Of a stretch of DNA of 64,000 bases, positions 20,518 through 30,217 are shown in pieces. The translations under genes were made by a program, and so were the position numbers. A model generated the notes under the pieces. That model ran no database searches and was not told the origin of the DNA. It saw only the letters and a list, made by a program, of their open reading frames with translations. Positions within the stretch are counted from its first letter, which is position 1, and every line of letters starts with the position of its first letter. The stretch covers positions 17,007 to 81,006 of the forward strand of contig CBDBHI010000021.1 of assembly GCA_965205595.1 (NCBI GenBank). The letters run 5' to 3'. The stretch comes from Bryobacterales bacterium. Its GTDB lineage: Bacteria; Acidobacteriota; Terriglobia; Bryobacterales; UBA6623.

Positions 20518-21180
20518 TTATCGATTTCGAATTCTCGGTCCTTGCCCAATTTGGCTATGACCGCCTGATGGCACTCCCATCACCTCGATTTCCGCCACCT
20601 CGGTCATCGATGGTCCTGGAAAAACGAACATCAGTTCGGTGACGTCGGACAACACCGCGTCCAAGGGATAGATCACGCGGAAGCCATCGACGTTGACCGA
20701 GGGCAGCTTCTCGATTTGCTCACTACCGCCAATCAAGCGAACGACGTCGAGGGCAAAGCCCTCTGGCCGTCGTGATGGCCGCGGGCGTTCCGCGGGGAAC
20801 GCTTGCGCCGCGTTGAACTCGACAAGGATCGAGTGAACCTCGACAGCCGCGCGAAAGCGAAGTTTTACCCAGTGGCGAGTAGCGCTGTCGGTCAGCCAAT
20901 AGGTGTAGTTGATGTTGTTGACAATATTATCGCCGCCGTCGAAGAGGTTCAACACCCCATAGAAGACGTTGTCGAGTTCGCGGCCCGCATTCACGCTGCT
21001 GGCGTCGACGAACGTATCGCCGAGTTTCGCCACGTTGACTAGCCCGCATTTCCCACCACGTGGCGAGCGAAAGTGCGTGAGAGGTACGTCAATACGAGGC
21101 GGGCGACGGTTGGCGCGCGGAGGCGTACTTGACAGTCCGTCGAGCACTCGACGATCGAGCGCAACGAAGTAGTGGCGCAC
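20518..21180 (-). CDS. Hypothetical protein with a possible galactose-binding/discoidin-like fold; 5' end overlaps the MITE-like element
   Basis: The first ~47 codons (MRHYFVALDRRVLDG...GGKCGL) are encoded by the 21041-21222 repeat element, so the true start (if any) is probably near 21040. No signal peptide. It may itself be a gene fragment. Confidence 0.35.
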   Translation of the reverse strand: MRHYFVALDRRVLDGLSSTPPRANRRPPRIDVPLTHFRSPRGGKCGLVNVAKLGDTFVDASSVNAGRELDNVFYGVLNLFDGGDNIVNNINYTYWLTDSATRHWVKLRFRAAVEVHSILVEFNAAQAFPAERPRPSRRPEGFALDVVRLIGGSEQIEKLPSVNVDGFRVIYPLDAVLSDVTELMFVFPGPSMTEVAEIEVMGVPSGGHSQIGQGPRIRNR

Positions 21181-21222
21181 CTATCGCGTGCTTTCGCCGT
21201 CAGGTGGTGAGAAATGCGGGCT
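21041..21222. mobile_element. MITE-like non-autonomous element, copy 1 (~182 bp)
   Basis: Terminal inverted repeats AGCCCGCATTTC(C/T)CACCAC ... GTGGTGAGAAATGCGGGCT. About 90% identical by eye to 37642-37822. Left flank is TA. Confidence 0.7.
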
Positions 21223-21467
21223 CGCTCGCTCGCGCGGCCGATCATCGGCACGGCAAGATATAGAGCTAAGACAGTGATTGAAATCGAGCTATGCAAAAGG
21301 CCTCGCTGCTATCGTTGACGCACCGAGATAAAAATCGTTTATAAGTTTTTGGGATTGCTTGCGCGAGTGAGAAACGTGGGTTAAACCCGCGTACGCGGCA
21401 AGCAGCTTGACTGAGCGAGGCGAAGACCTCCGGGAGCCGCCGCGAGCCTTCGTGTAGCGAAACCGTG

Positions 21468-21600
21468 AGTTGCCTGCTGTCGGCTTCCCCGCGCCGTTAG
21501 GGCCGAGCAGTACGCCCAGACCATCGAAACGAATCTTCACACGTTGGTCGCCGAGGCGAACGGCGTTTCGGCCGCGATAGAACAAGTCGTCGGCAAGACC
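21468..21600 (-). pseudogene. ABC-transporter ATPase, N-terminal stub (Walker A only)
   Basis: Inside ORF 21289..21723: [29 protein letters not shown] is the Walker-A region. Nothing ABC-like follows. Confidence 0.4.
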
Positions 21601-22273
21601 TCGGCGGTGTCCGCGCTCGTTAGCGACGCTGTGGAGAGTAGCACGCGCGTAGCCAACTCTCTTGACGCCGCAGTTGGCGAGACTCTTCGCGCGGCCGGGT
21701 TGTCCGGCGACGGTGCCGAGCACGTTCTAGTGACAAAAGCGGCGGTCGCTGAGCTATCCGGTTCCGCGAAAGAGATTGTCAATGCGGTTGAAGCAATCGA
21801 CTCAATCGCTGCTCAGACGAATATTCTTGCGCTCAACGCCACTATCGAGGCCGTTCGTGCGGGCGAGGCGGGCAAGGGCTTTGTCGTCGTTTTGTCGTCG
21901 TTTCGAATGAGGTGAAAGAACTCGCGAAGACCTCTACCAACGTGACCAGAAGCATCCGAGTCAAGATCAAAACATTCATACAAAGACCGACCGCGTGAAG
22001 GAAGCCATCCACACTCTTTCGACGATCCTCTCCGAGGTTGAACGAATCAACGGTTCCGTCTCCAAAGTCATCGAAGAGACGTCGCACACAAGTCAGTCCG
22101 TTCAGACGGCTGTCAACGAAGCACTAACGGTATCCACAGCGGTGAACGAGATGACTGCCAGCGCGGCGGGTGTATCAGAGAAAGTCAAACACAGTTATCA
22201 AGAAATCATGCGGGTGTTCGACCCGCAAGGCCGAGACCCCGGCTTCCGTTTAGACCGAGTCGCCGGCTGCTGA
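21544..22273 (+). pseudogene. Methyl-accepting chemotaxis protein, C-terminal signalling-domain fragment with at least two frameshifts
   Basis: Contains [29 protein letters not shown] (the conserved MCP hairpin tip). The frame is broken by an 11-bp tandem duplication at 21880-21901 and again near 21970-21990. It continues as KEAIHTLSTILSEVERINGS... There is no TM or HAMP part upstream. Confidence 0.75.
21880..21901. repeat. 11-bp tandem duplication (TTTGTCGTCGT x2) causing the MCP frameshift
   Basis: Read directly. Deleting one unit gives [21 protein letters not shown], the expected MCP sequence. Confidence 0.85.
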
Positions 22274-22307
22274 AAAATGCCGGCTACTTCTCCAACCTTT
22301 CCAAGAT

Positions 22308-23348
22308 GTGAGAATCTGGCGGGGAATGGTCCTGCGGTATATTTTCGCCTGCATGTTAATCGCTTGCGCCTCGTGTGGGCGCATGTTCGACCCGCCGTTG
22401 CAGGCGCGATTCGAACTCACGGCTTGCCTGCCGGCGTTGCCGGCGATCGATCCGGCCCGTATGATGTGGTCTGTTTCACCCGAGCCGGTAGTCGAGCGCG
22501 GTAGCCCGGGCGAATGGGACGCGGTCGATCTGCTCAACCCCACTGTGGTTCGTCATGGCGGGCGCTACTTGAACCTCTACTCCGGGTTTGACGGCGATAC
22601 CTGGCACACAGGCCTCGCCTTCTCCGAAGACGGTGAGCGTTGGACAAAAAGGCACCGCGTGCTTTCGCCTGAAGGTTGGGAGGGCGACTACATTGCCGCC
22701 AACGGAGCAGCGGTTGTCTCCAGCGGCAAAGTTTTCTACTGGTACCAAGCGGGTCCGAGGCACGCCGCACGGATTGGGCTGGCCCGTTCGCGCGACGGCG
22801 AGCAGTGGGAGAAGCAACCACGAGCGGTACTCGCGCCCGGCCCCCGAGGTTCGTGGGACGAAACGGCGGTTGGCGATCCTTCCGTCATCTCGTGTGGCGA
22901 TTGGTTCTACATGTTCTATCTCGGGCAAAATCGGCATGGCCGTCAACGCTTAGGCCTGGCCCGCTCGCGCGACGGAATCCATTGGCAAAAGGAGCATCGC
23001 AATCCCTTACTCGCAGGCGGGTCTCCGGGGTCGTTCGACGAACGTGGGGTAGGCGAACCAGCCGTCTTTCGCGCGGGCGAAAAATGGTACATGCTCTACG
23101 TCGGTCGAGACCAAGGCGAACGGCGGCAAATCGGTTGGGCCGAATCCGCGAACGGAGTAGACTGGAGAAAACTCGAAAATGCTCCTCGGCTCGCCGGCAA
23201 ACTCGATTGGAATCGCGCAACCGTGTGCGACCCTGAAGTGATGGTCGTTGGCGATCGACTTCAGCTGCTCTTCGGTGCGGGCGACAAGGCGTTCCCCGAC
23301 GAGAATGTGAATGGAGTTATTGGCCGCGCGGTGCTAATTTCGAAATAA
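22308..23348 (+). CDS. Beta-propeller glycoside-hydrolase-like protein (GH130/GH43-type fold), probable lipoprotein
   Basis: Repeated blades of the form GLARSRDGxxWxK plus DPSV/EPAV strands. N-terminal ACMLIACASCG. The exact family is not resolved. Confidence 0.5.
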   Translation: MRIWRGMVLRYIFACMLIACASCGRMFDPPLQARFELTACLPALPAIDPARMMWSVSPEPVVERGSPGEWDAVDLLNPTVVRHGGRYLNLYSGFDGDTWHTGLAFSEDGERWTKRHRVLSPEGWEGDYIAANGAAVVSSGKVFYWYQAGPRHAARIGLARSRDGEQWEKQPRAVLAPGPRGSWDETAVGDPSVISCGDWFYMFYLGQNRHGRQRLGLARSRDGIHWQKEHRNPLLAGGSPGSFDERGVGEPAVFRAGEKWYMLYVGRDQGERRQIGWAESANGVDWRKLENAPRLAGKLDWNRATVCDPEVMVVGDRLQLLFGAGDKAFPDENVNGVIGRAVLISK

Positions 23349-23380
23349 CTTTTTTTCTCTGAATAGCGAAGAACTACGTA

Positions 23381-25276
23381 GTGAGACGAATATTTTGTGT
23401 GCTGGTGGTTGCGGTCGCATTTCTGGCGCCGGTCGGCGCACAGGTGCTCGACCCGGTGCAATGGTCGATAGTGCTCGAGCCGTCGCGCGCTGAGCCGGGC
23501 GGGCGAGTTAACGCGCGCGTAACAGCTACGGTAGAAGACGGTTGGCACCTCTACTCGTCGAGCACCCCTCAAGGCAAGCCGATCGCACTCGACCTGCAAA
23601 TTGCAGAAACGCCAGCCGTGGTTTCGTGGCAAGCCCACCAACCCCAGCCGACGATCAAGTTCGATCCCAACTTCCAGATGGATAGCGAGTGGTACGAACA
23701 CTCGGCGGAATTTCTAGTTGAAATCGATCTGGCGGCAGACGCCTCAGGCGAACAATCGATCGAGGCCAAGGTGCGCTACGGCGCTTGCGACGACCGTCAG
23801 TGCCTGCCGCCCAAACGCAAGTCCGTTTCGGCCACGTTGACCGTAGCGCCTGGGGCGAAGGGCCTGGCTGGGCCGATACCAGGTGAGTATCAGGTGATGA
23901 AGCTCTTCGAGGCGTCAGCAGCGGCTTCCGGGCCGGCTCCGGCCGTCGATCCGCTCAGCGCCGGCGGCGAGGAACAGGGGCTGTTTGGATTCGCCCTGGT
24001 GGCTTTAAGCTTTGGCCTGCTAGCGATCCTGACGCCGTGCGTCTTCCCAATGATTCCGATATACATGGGCTCGTTTCTAGGCGGTGAAGATAGACCGCGC
24101 AGTGCTGTGATGCGCCAAGCGGGTATGTTCTGCCTCGGGGTCGTCGTGCTATTCACGGCGCTCGGCGCCGGAGTCTCCGCGGTAGTTGGGCCCTTTGGGA
24201 TGAGCCAACTCGGTTCGAACGTCTGGGTCAATCTGCTAATCGCGTTGGTGTTCTTCGCATTCGGAGCGAGCATGCTCGGGGCCTTCGAGATCAGCATGCC
24301 CAGCAGCGTGATGACCGCCGCGAACCAACGAGCATCAGGTTCGGGCGTCGCTTCTACGCTCATGCTGAGCCTGGTTTTCACGCTGGCGTCATTCGCTTGC
24401 ACTGGCCCATTTATCGGCTCATTGCTGGCGGGTTCGCTTTCAGGCGGAAGTATCGCCTTCCCGGTATTTGGAATGCTGATGTTTTCGATCGGGTTGGCCG
24501 CGCCGTTCTTCGCGATCGCCTTGTTCCCGTCGTTCATGGGCAAACTGCCCCGTAGCGGGGGCTGGCTCGCCGTCACGAAACGCACCATGGGCCTGGTGAT
24601 ATTCGCGGTCGGCATCAAGTACCTCAGCACGGTCGACCAAGTTTTCGGGCTCGATCTGCTCACTCGTGATCGCTTCTTGGCGATTTGGGTGGTGCTGTTC
24701 GCACTGGCGGCGTTCTACTTGTGGGGCGTCGTTAAGCTAGTCGACGACGGCCCGAGCGAGGGGATCGGCTTGGTTCGTCTGGGTGTCGGCGCGGCGTTCC
24801 TGATCCTCGCGATCAGTTTGATTCCCGGCATGTTTGGAGGCAGGCTTGGCGAACTCGACGCGTATGTCCCGTCGGCCACCGACGCGGGACTCTTCGCCGG
24901 AGGCACTGGCAGACCGGCAACGAAATGGATCAAAGACGACTTTGATGGCGCGCTCGCCGAGGCGAAATCGAGCGGCAAACCGGTCCTCGTGAACTTCACC
25001 GGTTACGCTTGCACCAACTGCAAGTGGATGAAGACCAACATGTTCACGAAGCCCGAGATCGCCGAGGCGCTTGAGGGTCTCGTGCTCGTCGAACTCTACA
25101 CTGACGGTCTCGATGACGTCAGCGACAAGCACCAAGAGTTGCAGATCTCGCGATTCAACTCTTCGACGATCCCGTTCTACGCGGTCATTCGTCCCGACGA
25201 TTCGCTTGCCGGAACTTTCTTGGGACAGACACGCGACGTCCAGGCCTTTCTGAGTTTCTTAACGAGCGGATCGTAG
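23381..25276 (+). CDS. dsbD: Thiol:disulfide interchange protein DsbD-like
   Basis: N-terminal DsbD-alpha-like domain (VRYGACDDRQCLPP), CcdA/DsbD membrane core (LTPCVFPMIP, second half FACTGPF), and a C-terminal thioredoxin domain with NFTGYACTNCKWM. Confidence 0.85.
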   Translation: MRRIFCVLVVAVAFLAPVGAQVLDPVQWSIVLEPSRAEPGGRVNARVTATVEDGWHLYSSSTPQGKPIALDLQIAETPAVVSWQAHQPQPTIKFDPNFQMDSEWYEHSAEFLVEIDLAADASGEQSIEAKVRYGACDDRQCLPPKRKSVSATLTVAPGAKGLAGPIPGEYQVMKLFEASAAASGPAPAVDPLSAGGEEQGLFGFALVALSFGLLAILTPCVFPMIPIYMGSFLGGEDRPRSAVMRQAGMFCLGVVVLFTALGAGVSAVVGPFGMSQLGSNVWVNLLIALVFFAFGASMLGAFEISMPSSVMTAANQRASGSGVASTLMLSLVFTLASFACTGPFIGSLLAGSLSGGSIAFPVFGMLMFSIGLAAPFFAIALFPSFMGKLPRSGGWLAVTKRTMGLVIFAVGIKYLSTVDQVFGLDLLTRDRFLAIWVVLFALAAFYLWGVVKLVDDGPSEGIGLVRLGVGAAFLILAISLIPGMFGGRLGELDAYVPSATDAGLFAGGTGRPATKWIKDDFDGALAEAKSSGKPVLVNFTGYACTNCKWMKTNMFTKPEIAEALEGLVLVELYTDGLDDVSDKHQELQISRFNSSTIPFYAVIRPDDSLAGTFLGQTRDVQAFLSFLTSGS

Positions 25277-25277
25277 C

Positions 25278-26621
25278 ATGTCCCGCGGCGGGAAACAGGC
25301 GCCGGGCCCGAAGTGGTACGAGGCTCCGGCCGTACTTCGAAGCCTCAGCCGAGACCCCCTCAACTTTCACCTCAAGATGCACCAGCGTTACGGCGATGTC
25401 GTGCGCATCTCTTTTGGCGTTTCGTCGGCCTACTTGCTGCGCCGCCCCGAGCACGCCAAGCATGTGCTGCAAGACAACCACAGCAACTACGACAAGCGAA
25501 ACTTCGATTACCGCGTTCTCAAGCCGATCGTGGGCGAAGGTTTGCTGACCAGTAACGGTGACCACTGGCGGGGGCAGCGCAAGCTGATCCAGCCGGCCTT
25601 TCGGCGTGAACGGATCACGGCGCTGATCCCACTCATCGTTGAGCGAACCGAGGCGCTTATCGCCCGCTGGAAGGCGCAGCCTGATGCCTCTCGCGACGTG
25701 AGCCGTGACATGTCGCGGCTCACCCTCGAAATCGTCACCGAGTCGCTGTTCGGGATCGACGCCGGCGAATCGGCGGCGTCGATCGGTGAGGCGTTTCTGA
25801 TCCTGAGCCGCAATGTGATGGACCAGTACGGCTCGCTTCCGGCGATGTTGACGTTCTTGCCCACCCCCGGCAATCTGCGAGCGAGGCGCGCCAGAAAGCG
25901 GCTGCACGCCATCGTAGACAGGTTGATCGCCGAGCGCCGCGGCCGGTCGCCCGGTGATGACTTGCTTTCGGCGATGCTAGAGGCTCGCGACGAAGAGAGC
26001 GGCAGGCCGATGAGCGAAACGCAGTTGCGCGACGAGGTCACAACCTTTCTACTTGCCGGACACGACACGACTGCAAACGCGCTCAGTTGGACGTTCTATC
26101 TGCTTTCGCAACATCCCCAGATCACGGATCGCGTCGAGTCTGAAATCGATCAAGTTTTGGGTGCTGAACCCGTGGCCGCGGCAGCGATTCCCGCACTGAA
26201 CTTTGGCCGAGCTGTGCTGCAAGAATCGATGCGGCTTTATCCTCCGGCCTGGATCATCTCGCGAGCAACGATCGAGGCTGACGAGATAGGCGGCTATACC
26301 ATCGACAAGCGCGCGCTCGTTGCTGTGTGTGCATACGACACGCAGCGCCTAGCCGACGTCTGGCCCGAGCCCGAAAAATTCGACCCGGGCAGGTTTGTAG
26401 ACAACCATGCAGGTCCTGTGCCGTTTGCCTACTATCCATTCGGCGCTGGTCCGCGCATGTGCATCGGCGCGGGCTTGGCAACCATCGAGGCGATTGTGAT
26501 CCTTGCTACCGTCATGCGGAAGTGCCGCCTGCGACTAGTCCCCGGACAGACCGTGGAACCGGAGGCGCAGATTACCTTGCGGCCGCGCAATGGTCTAGAG
26601 ATGACGGTTGACTGGCGATGA
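25278..26621 (+). CDS. Cytochrome P450
   Basis: FLLAGHDTT (I-helix), ESMRLYPP (ExxR region), and FGAGPRMCIGAGLA (Cys haem ligand loop). Confidence 0.9.
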   Translation: MSRGGKQAPGPKWYEAPAVLRSLSRDPLNFHLKMHQRYGDVVRISFGVSSAYLLRRPEHAKHVLQDNHSNYDKRNFDYRVLKPIVGEGLLTSNGDHWRGQRKLIQPAFRRERITALIPLIVERTEALIARWKAQPDASRDVSRDMSRLTLEIVTESLFGIDAGESAASIGEAFLILSRNVMDQYGSLPAMLTFLPTPGNLRARRARKRLHAIVDRLIAERRGRSPGDDLLSAMLEARDEESGRPMSETQLRDEVTTFLLAGHDTTANALSWTFYLLSQHPQITDRVESEIDQVLGAEPVAAAAIPALNFGRAVLQESMRLYPPAWIISRATIEADEIGGYTIDKRALVAVCAYDTQRLADVWPEPEKFDPGRFVDNHAGPVPFAYYPFGAGPRMCIGAGLATIEAIVILATVMRKCRLRLVPGQTVEPEAQITLRPRNGLEMTVDWR

Positions 26622-28299
26622 TTTTCGAGCGCACGGCGTGTCGGCAGGCGACGGGCGAAAAAGCGGCGTTGTACAATCGCCCGAAGTGAAGAGTTACGCC
26701 TCAGGCCCCACAATTCCGTTGATTGATAAAACGATCGGCCAGGTTTTCGATGAGATTGTGGCGAAGTATCCCGATAAGGCGGCCATCGTCTCTCGTCACC
26801 AGGGACTGCGCCTTTCTTACGCCGACCTCGGCGCCGCCGTTGGTCAGACCGCGGCTGGCATTTGGGGTCTAGGTATAAGGCCGGGCGACCGGGTGGGAAT
26901 GTGGGCTTCGAGCTGCGTGGAGTGGATCTATCTGCAGGTAGCAACGGCCAAGATCGGTGCCGTCTTGGTCAATGTAAATCCAGCATACCGGGCCAACGAT
27001 CTGGCCTACATTCTTGAGCGCTCGGGAATAAAGGCTATTTTTCTGAATGAGCAGGATGCGCGTGTCAACTACCACGAAGTTTTGACTACAGCCCGCGAGG
27101 GCAGGGAACTCGCCCTCGATCACGCCATTCTGTTGGGCGGCGATCAATGGCGCACGATGATTGACAACGGCGTTGATCCTCCGCCCGAGAGCGCGGATGT
27201 CCACAACGTGGTCAACATCCAATACACGTCCGGCACGACGGGTAAGCCAAAGGGAGTTCTGCTGACCCATCACAATCTCGTCAACAACGCCTACTTGGTG
27301 GGCCGCGGGCTGAAATGGAGCGAGGCTGAGCGGTTGTGCATGCCGGTCCCGCTCTATCACTGCTTTGGCTGCGTCATGGGTTCATTGCAGTCGATAATCT
27401 ACAGCGCGACGTTGGTCCTGCCGGCGGCGCAGTTTGAGCCGTTGGCGGTCTTGCAAGCTATAGACGAAGAGCGTTGCACGACGATCTACGGCGTACCCAC
27501 CATGTTCATCGCCGAACTCGATCATCCCGACTACGCGCAATATGAAACTTCATCGTTGCGAACCGGTATCATGGCCGGCGCTCCTTGCCCGATCGAACTA
27601 ATGAAGCGCGTGGTCGACGAAATGCACTGCGGCGAGCTTACGATCGCCTACGGACAAACCGAGGCATCGCCGGCCGTCACGCAAAGCTCGACCGACGACT
27701 CGCTCGAAGTGCGCGTCGCAACGGTTGGCGCGGCGATGCCGTGTACTGAAGTCAAGGTCGTCGACCCATCCGGTGAAACAGTCGACGTTGGAGTTCAGGG
27801 CGAGCTACTCACGCGTGGCTACCTGGTTATGAAAGGGTACGACCGCGACCCCGCCGCAACCGCCGCGGCCGTCGACTCAGAGGGCTGGCTACACAGTGGC
27901 GACTTCGCCACCATGCGCGAAGACGGCAATTTTCGCATCACCGGCCGCGCCAAGGAAATGATCATCCGCGGGGGAGAAAATATCTACCCGCGTGAAGTCG
28001 AAGAGTTTCTGCATGGGCACCCCAGCGTGGCCGACGCGTACGTCTTAGGCCTTCCCAGCGAGCGTCTCGGGGAACGCGTCTTGGCATGGGTCAAGCTCCG
28101 CGAGGGCGAGACGCTCACAGACGGTGAACTCAAAGATTTCTGCCGCGGCCAGATCGCGCACTTCAAGATTCCCGAGTACATACGTTTCGTCGATGAGTTC
28201 CCGATGACTGTCACCGGCAAGGTGCAGAAATTCGTGATGCGACAGAAGGAGATGGAGCTGCGCGGCCTCGAACAAGCCGCGCGGGTCGATACAGCATGA
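26608..28299 (+). CDS. AMP-dependent acyl-CoA synthetase/ligase
   Basis: IQYTSGTTGKPKGVLLTHHN (AMP-binding motif), GYGQTE-like IAYGQTEASP, and the GWLHSGD...RGGENIYPREVE core. Confidence 0.9.
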   Translation: MTGDDFRAHGVSAGDGRKSGVVQSPEVKSYASGPTIPLIDKTIGQVFDEIVAKYPDKAAIVSRHQGLRLSYADLGAAVGQTAAGIWGLGIRPGDRVGMWASSCVEWIYLQVATAKIGAVLVNVNPAYRANDLAYILERSGIKAIFLNEQDARVNYHEVLTTAREGRELALDHAILLGGDQWRTMIDNGVDPPPESADVHNVVNIQYTSGTTGKPKGVLLTHHNLVNNAYLVGRGLKWSEAERLCMPVPLYHCFGCVMGSLQSIIYSATLVLPAAQFEPLAVLQAIDEERCTTIYGVPTMFIAELDHPDYAQYETSSLRTGIMAGAPCPIELMKRVVDEMHCGELTIAYGQTEASPAVTQSSTDDSLEVRVATVGAAMPCTEVKVVDPSGETVDVGVQGELLTRGYLVMKGYDRDPAATAAAVDSEGWLHSGDFATMREDGNFRITGRAKEMIIRGGENIYPREVEEFLHGHPSVADAYVLGLPSERLGERVLAWVKLREGETLTDGELKDFCRGQIAHFKIPEYIRFVDEFPMTVTGKVQKFVMRQKEMELRGLEQAARVDTA

Positions 28300-28634
28300 A
28301 TTACCTAATCGAACATTTAGACCAAATTGCGCCGGTCGAGTGCCCCTGCGGCCAGGCTCGGCGCGCTTTTGCCTCGGCGGAAAACGACGTGGCTACTCTT
28401 CATGTGGTCGATATCAAGACCGACTCCGAGGTCCACTATCACAAAAAGATGACCGAGATTTACTACATTCTCGAAGGCGAAGGGTTTATGGAACTCGACG
28501 GCGAGCGCATCCCCGTGCGTCCAATGAGCTCAGTGCTCATCAAGCCGGGCTGTCGCCACCGCGCGGTTGGCCGAATGAAAATTATCAACGTGCCGATTCC
28601 CGCGTTCGATCCCGCGGACGAGTGGTTCGACTGA
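28296..28634 (+). CDS. Cupin-domain protein
   Basis: 112 aa. HYHKKMTEIYYILEGEG...VLIKPGCRH matches the two-motif cupin pattern. Its start overlaps the ligase stop (ATGA). Confidence 0.7.
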   Translation: MNYLIEHLDQIAPVECPCGQARRAFASAENDVATLHVVDIKTDSEVHYHKKMTEIYYILEGEGFMELDGERIPVRPMSSVLIKPGCRHRAVGRMKIINVPIPAFDPADEWFD

Positions 28635-28641
28635 TCGCGAG

Positions 28642-29112
28642 ATGGCACTTGAACTCCGCGAACTACGCCTCGGCGAGCACGATGAGATCGCCGAATGTGT
28701 CATCGACAGTTTCGAGCCGATCACCTGGGCGAGCAAGCTAGACGAGCGCATCGGTCCGCTCGACGGAGTCGACTGGCGAGACCGCTGGAGGAGTAAGCTA
28801 CGAGCCGCCTTCGCAACAGAGATCGTATTGATTGGCGAGTTAGATGGTGAAAAAATCGCCTATGCGAGCGGCACGTATGATCAAGAGACGAAGCTCGCCG
28901 TTCTCGATTTGTTGGCCGTTTTCAAGTGTGGCCAGGGAAAAGGCTACGGCCGTGAGATGCTGCGGGCGTTTATGGACCACATGAAGCAGCGCGGTGCTCT
29001 CTACTGCCAGTTGGATTGCTTGACCGACAACGCCAACGCCAACGAACTCTACGAATCGGAGGGTTTCTTCAAAGCGGCGTCATCATTCCACTGGTTCCTC
29101 GACATGCGTTGA
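28642..29112 (+). CDS. GNAT-family N-acetyltransferase
   Basis: LLAVFKCGQGKGYGREMLRAF is the acetyl-CoA-binding Q/RxxGxG/A motif. NANELYESEGF is the C-terminal motif. Confidence 0.8.
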   Translation: MALELRELRLGEHDEIAECVIDSFEPITWASKLDERIGPLDGVDWRDRWRSKLRAAFATEIVLIGELDGEKIAYASGTYDQETKLAVLDLLAVFKCGQGKGYGREMLRAFMDHMKQRGALYCQLDCLTDNANANELYESEGFFKAASSFHWFLDMR

Positions 29113-29125
29113 GTCAGCACGCACC

Positions 29126-30217
29126 ATGCGCTCTGTTTACAGCAAATATCTCCTGCCGGGGTTGGTGTTTCAGTCAATCGTGATCGGCGGAGGTTATGGG
29201 ACGGGCAGGGAACTCGTTGAGTTTTTCCTGATTCGAGGGCCGCTGGCCGGCTACTTGGGGATGCTCGTCGCCACGCTGATCTGGGGTGTGGTACTCGCGC
29301 TGGGGTTCGAACTGGCACGCGCCGGCAAGCACTACGACTACCGCACGTTCACGCGAGCGTTGCTTGGCCGGGGCTGGGTTGCGTTCGAAGTTTTGATGGT
29401 GCTATCGATCATTCTGACCACCGCGGTCGTTGGCTCGGCCTCGGGCGAGCTGCTCAATGAGGCATTTGGCTGGCCGCATCTCGCCGGCGTGTCGCTGATG
29501 GTTTGCATAGTCGCGCTGCTTGCTTACCGTGGAAGCGGCACCGTCGAGAAATTCTTTGCCCTGTGGTCGATGGTGCTGTATGGGTTCTATCTGACTCTGA
29601 TTGTGCTGGTGCTGCGCTCGCACGCCGGCGATATTGAGCGAGCTGTGGCCGCGCCGGGTGGCGACTCACGCTGGTTGTTCGGCGGCATGCAATACGCGGC
29701 CTACAACTTGGCCGCGCTGCCGGCAATGTTGTTCGTCGTTCGCCACATCGAAAGCCGCCGCGAAGCAGTGATCGCGGGCTTCGCGGCCGGCGCGATTGCG
29801 ATGTTCCCAGGTGCCTTGATCTACACCACGTTGCTGGCGTTCTACCCACAGATACTGGATGTGTCGATACCGGCGGTGTCCGTCTTAAATTCCGTCGACG
29901 TGCCGATTTTCCAGGTTGGGTTTCAGATTGTGCTGTTCGGCACGTTCATCGAAACCGGTACCGGAATGATTCATGGATTCAACGAGCGAGTCGCGGGCGT
30001 GATGGCGGAACAAGGCCGCCAGATGTCGCCGGCACTGCGGCTCTACGTCGCCGCGGCCGTCTTGGTAACCGCGGTGTGGCTGGCCGACAGATTTGGACTC
30101 GTGGCCCTCATCAGTCAAGGCTACGGTTTGATCACCTGGGGATTCTGGGCGCTCTTCTTGTTGCCGGTGATAGCGATCGGAAGTTGGCGAATGCTTCGAG
30201 ATCGTTCAGCCCATTGA
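29126..30217 (+). CDS. Polytopic membrane protein, YkvI-like putative transporter
   Basis: 363 aa and about 10 hydrophobic helices. The N-terminal IVIGGGYGTGRELVEFF resembles the YkvI family signature. Confidence 0.55.
   Translation: MRSVYSKYLLPGLVFQSIVIGGGYGTGRELVEFFLIRGPLAGYLGMLVATLIWGVVLALGFELARAGKHYDYRTFTRALLGRGWVAFEVLMVLSIILTTAVVGSASGELLNEAFGWPHLAGVSLMVCIVALLAYRGSGTVEKFFALWSMVLYGFYLTLIVLVLRSHAGDIERAVAAPGGDSRWLFGGMQYAAYNLAALPAMLFVVRHIESRREAVIAGFAAGAIAMFPGALIYTTLLAFYPQILDVSIPAVSVLNSVDVPIFQVGFQIVLFGTFIETGTGMIHGFNERVAGVMAEQGRQMSPALRLYVAAAVLVTAVWLADRFGLVALISQGYGLITWGFWALFLLPVIAIGSWRMLRDRSAH

Noticed and set aside
23890-24663. 257-aa minus-strand ORF inside the dsbD-like gene.
   Set aside because: It is antisense to the clearly conserved DsbD membrane core and has no motifs of its own.
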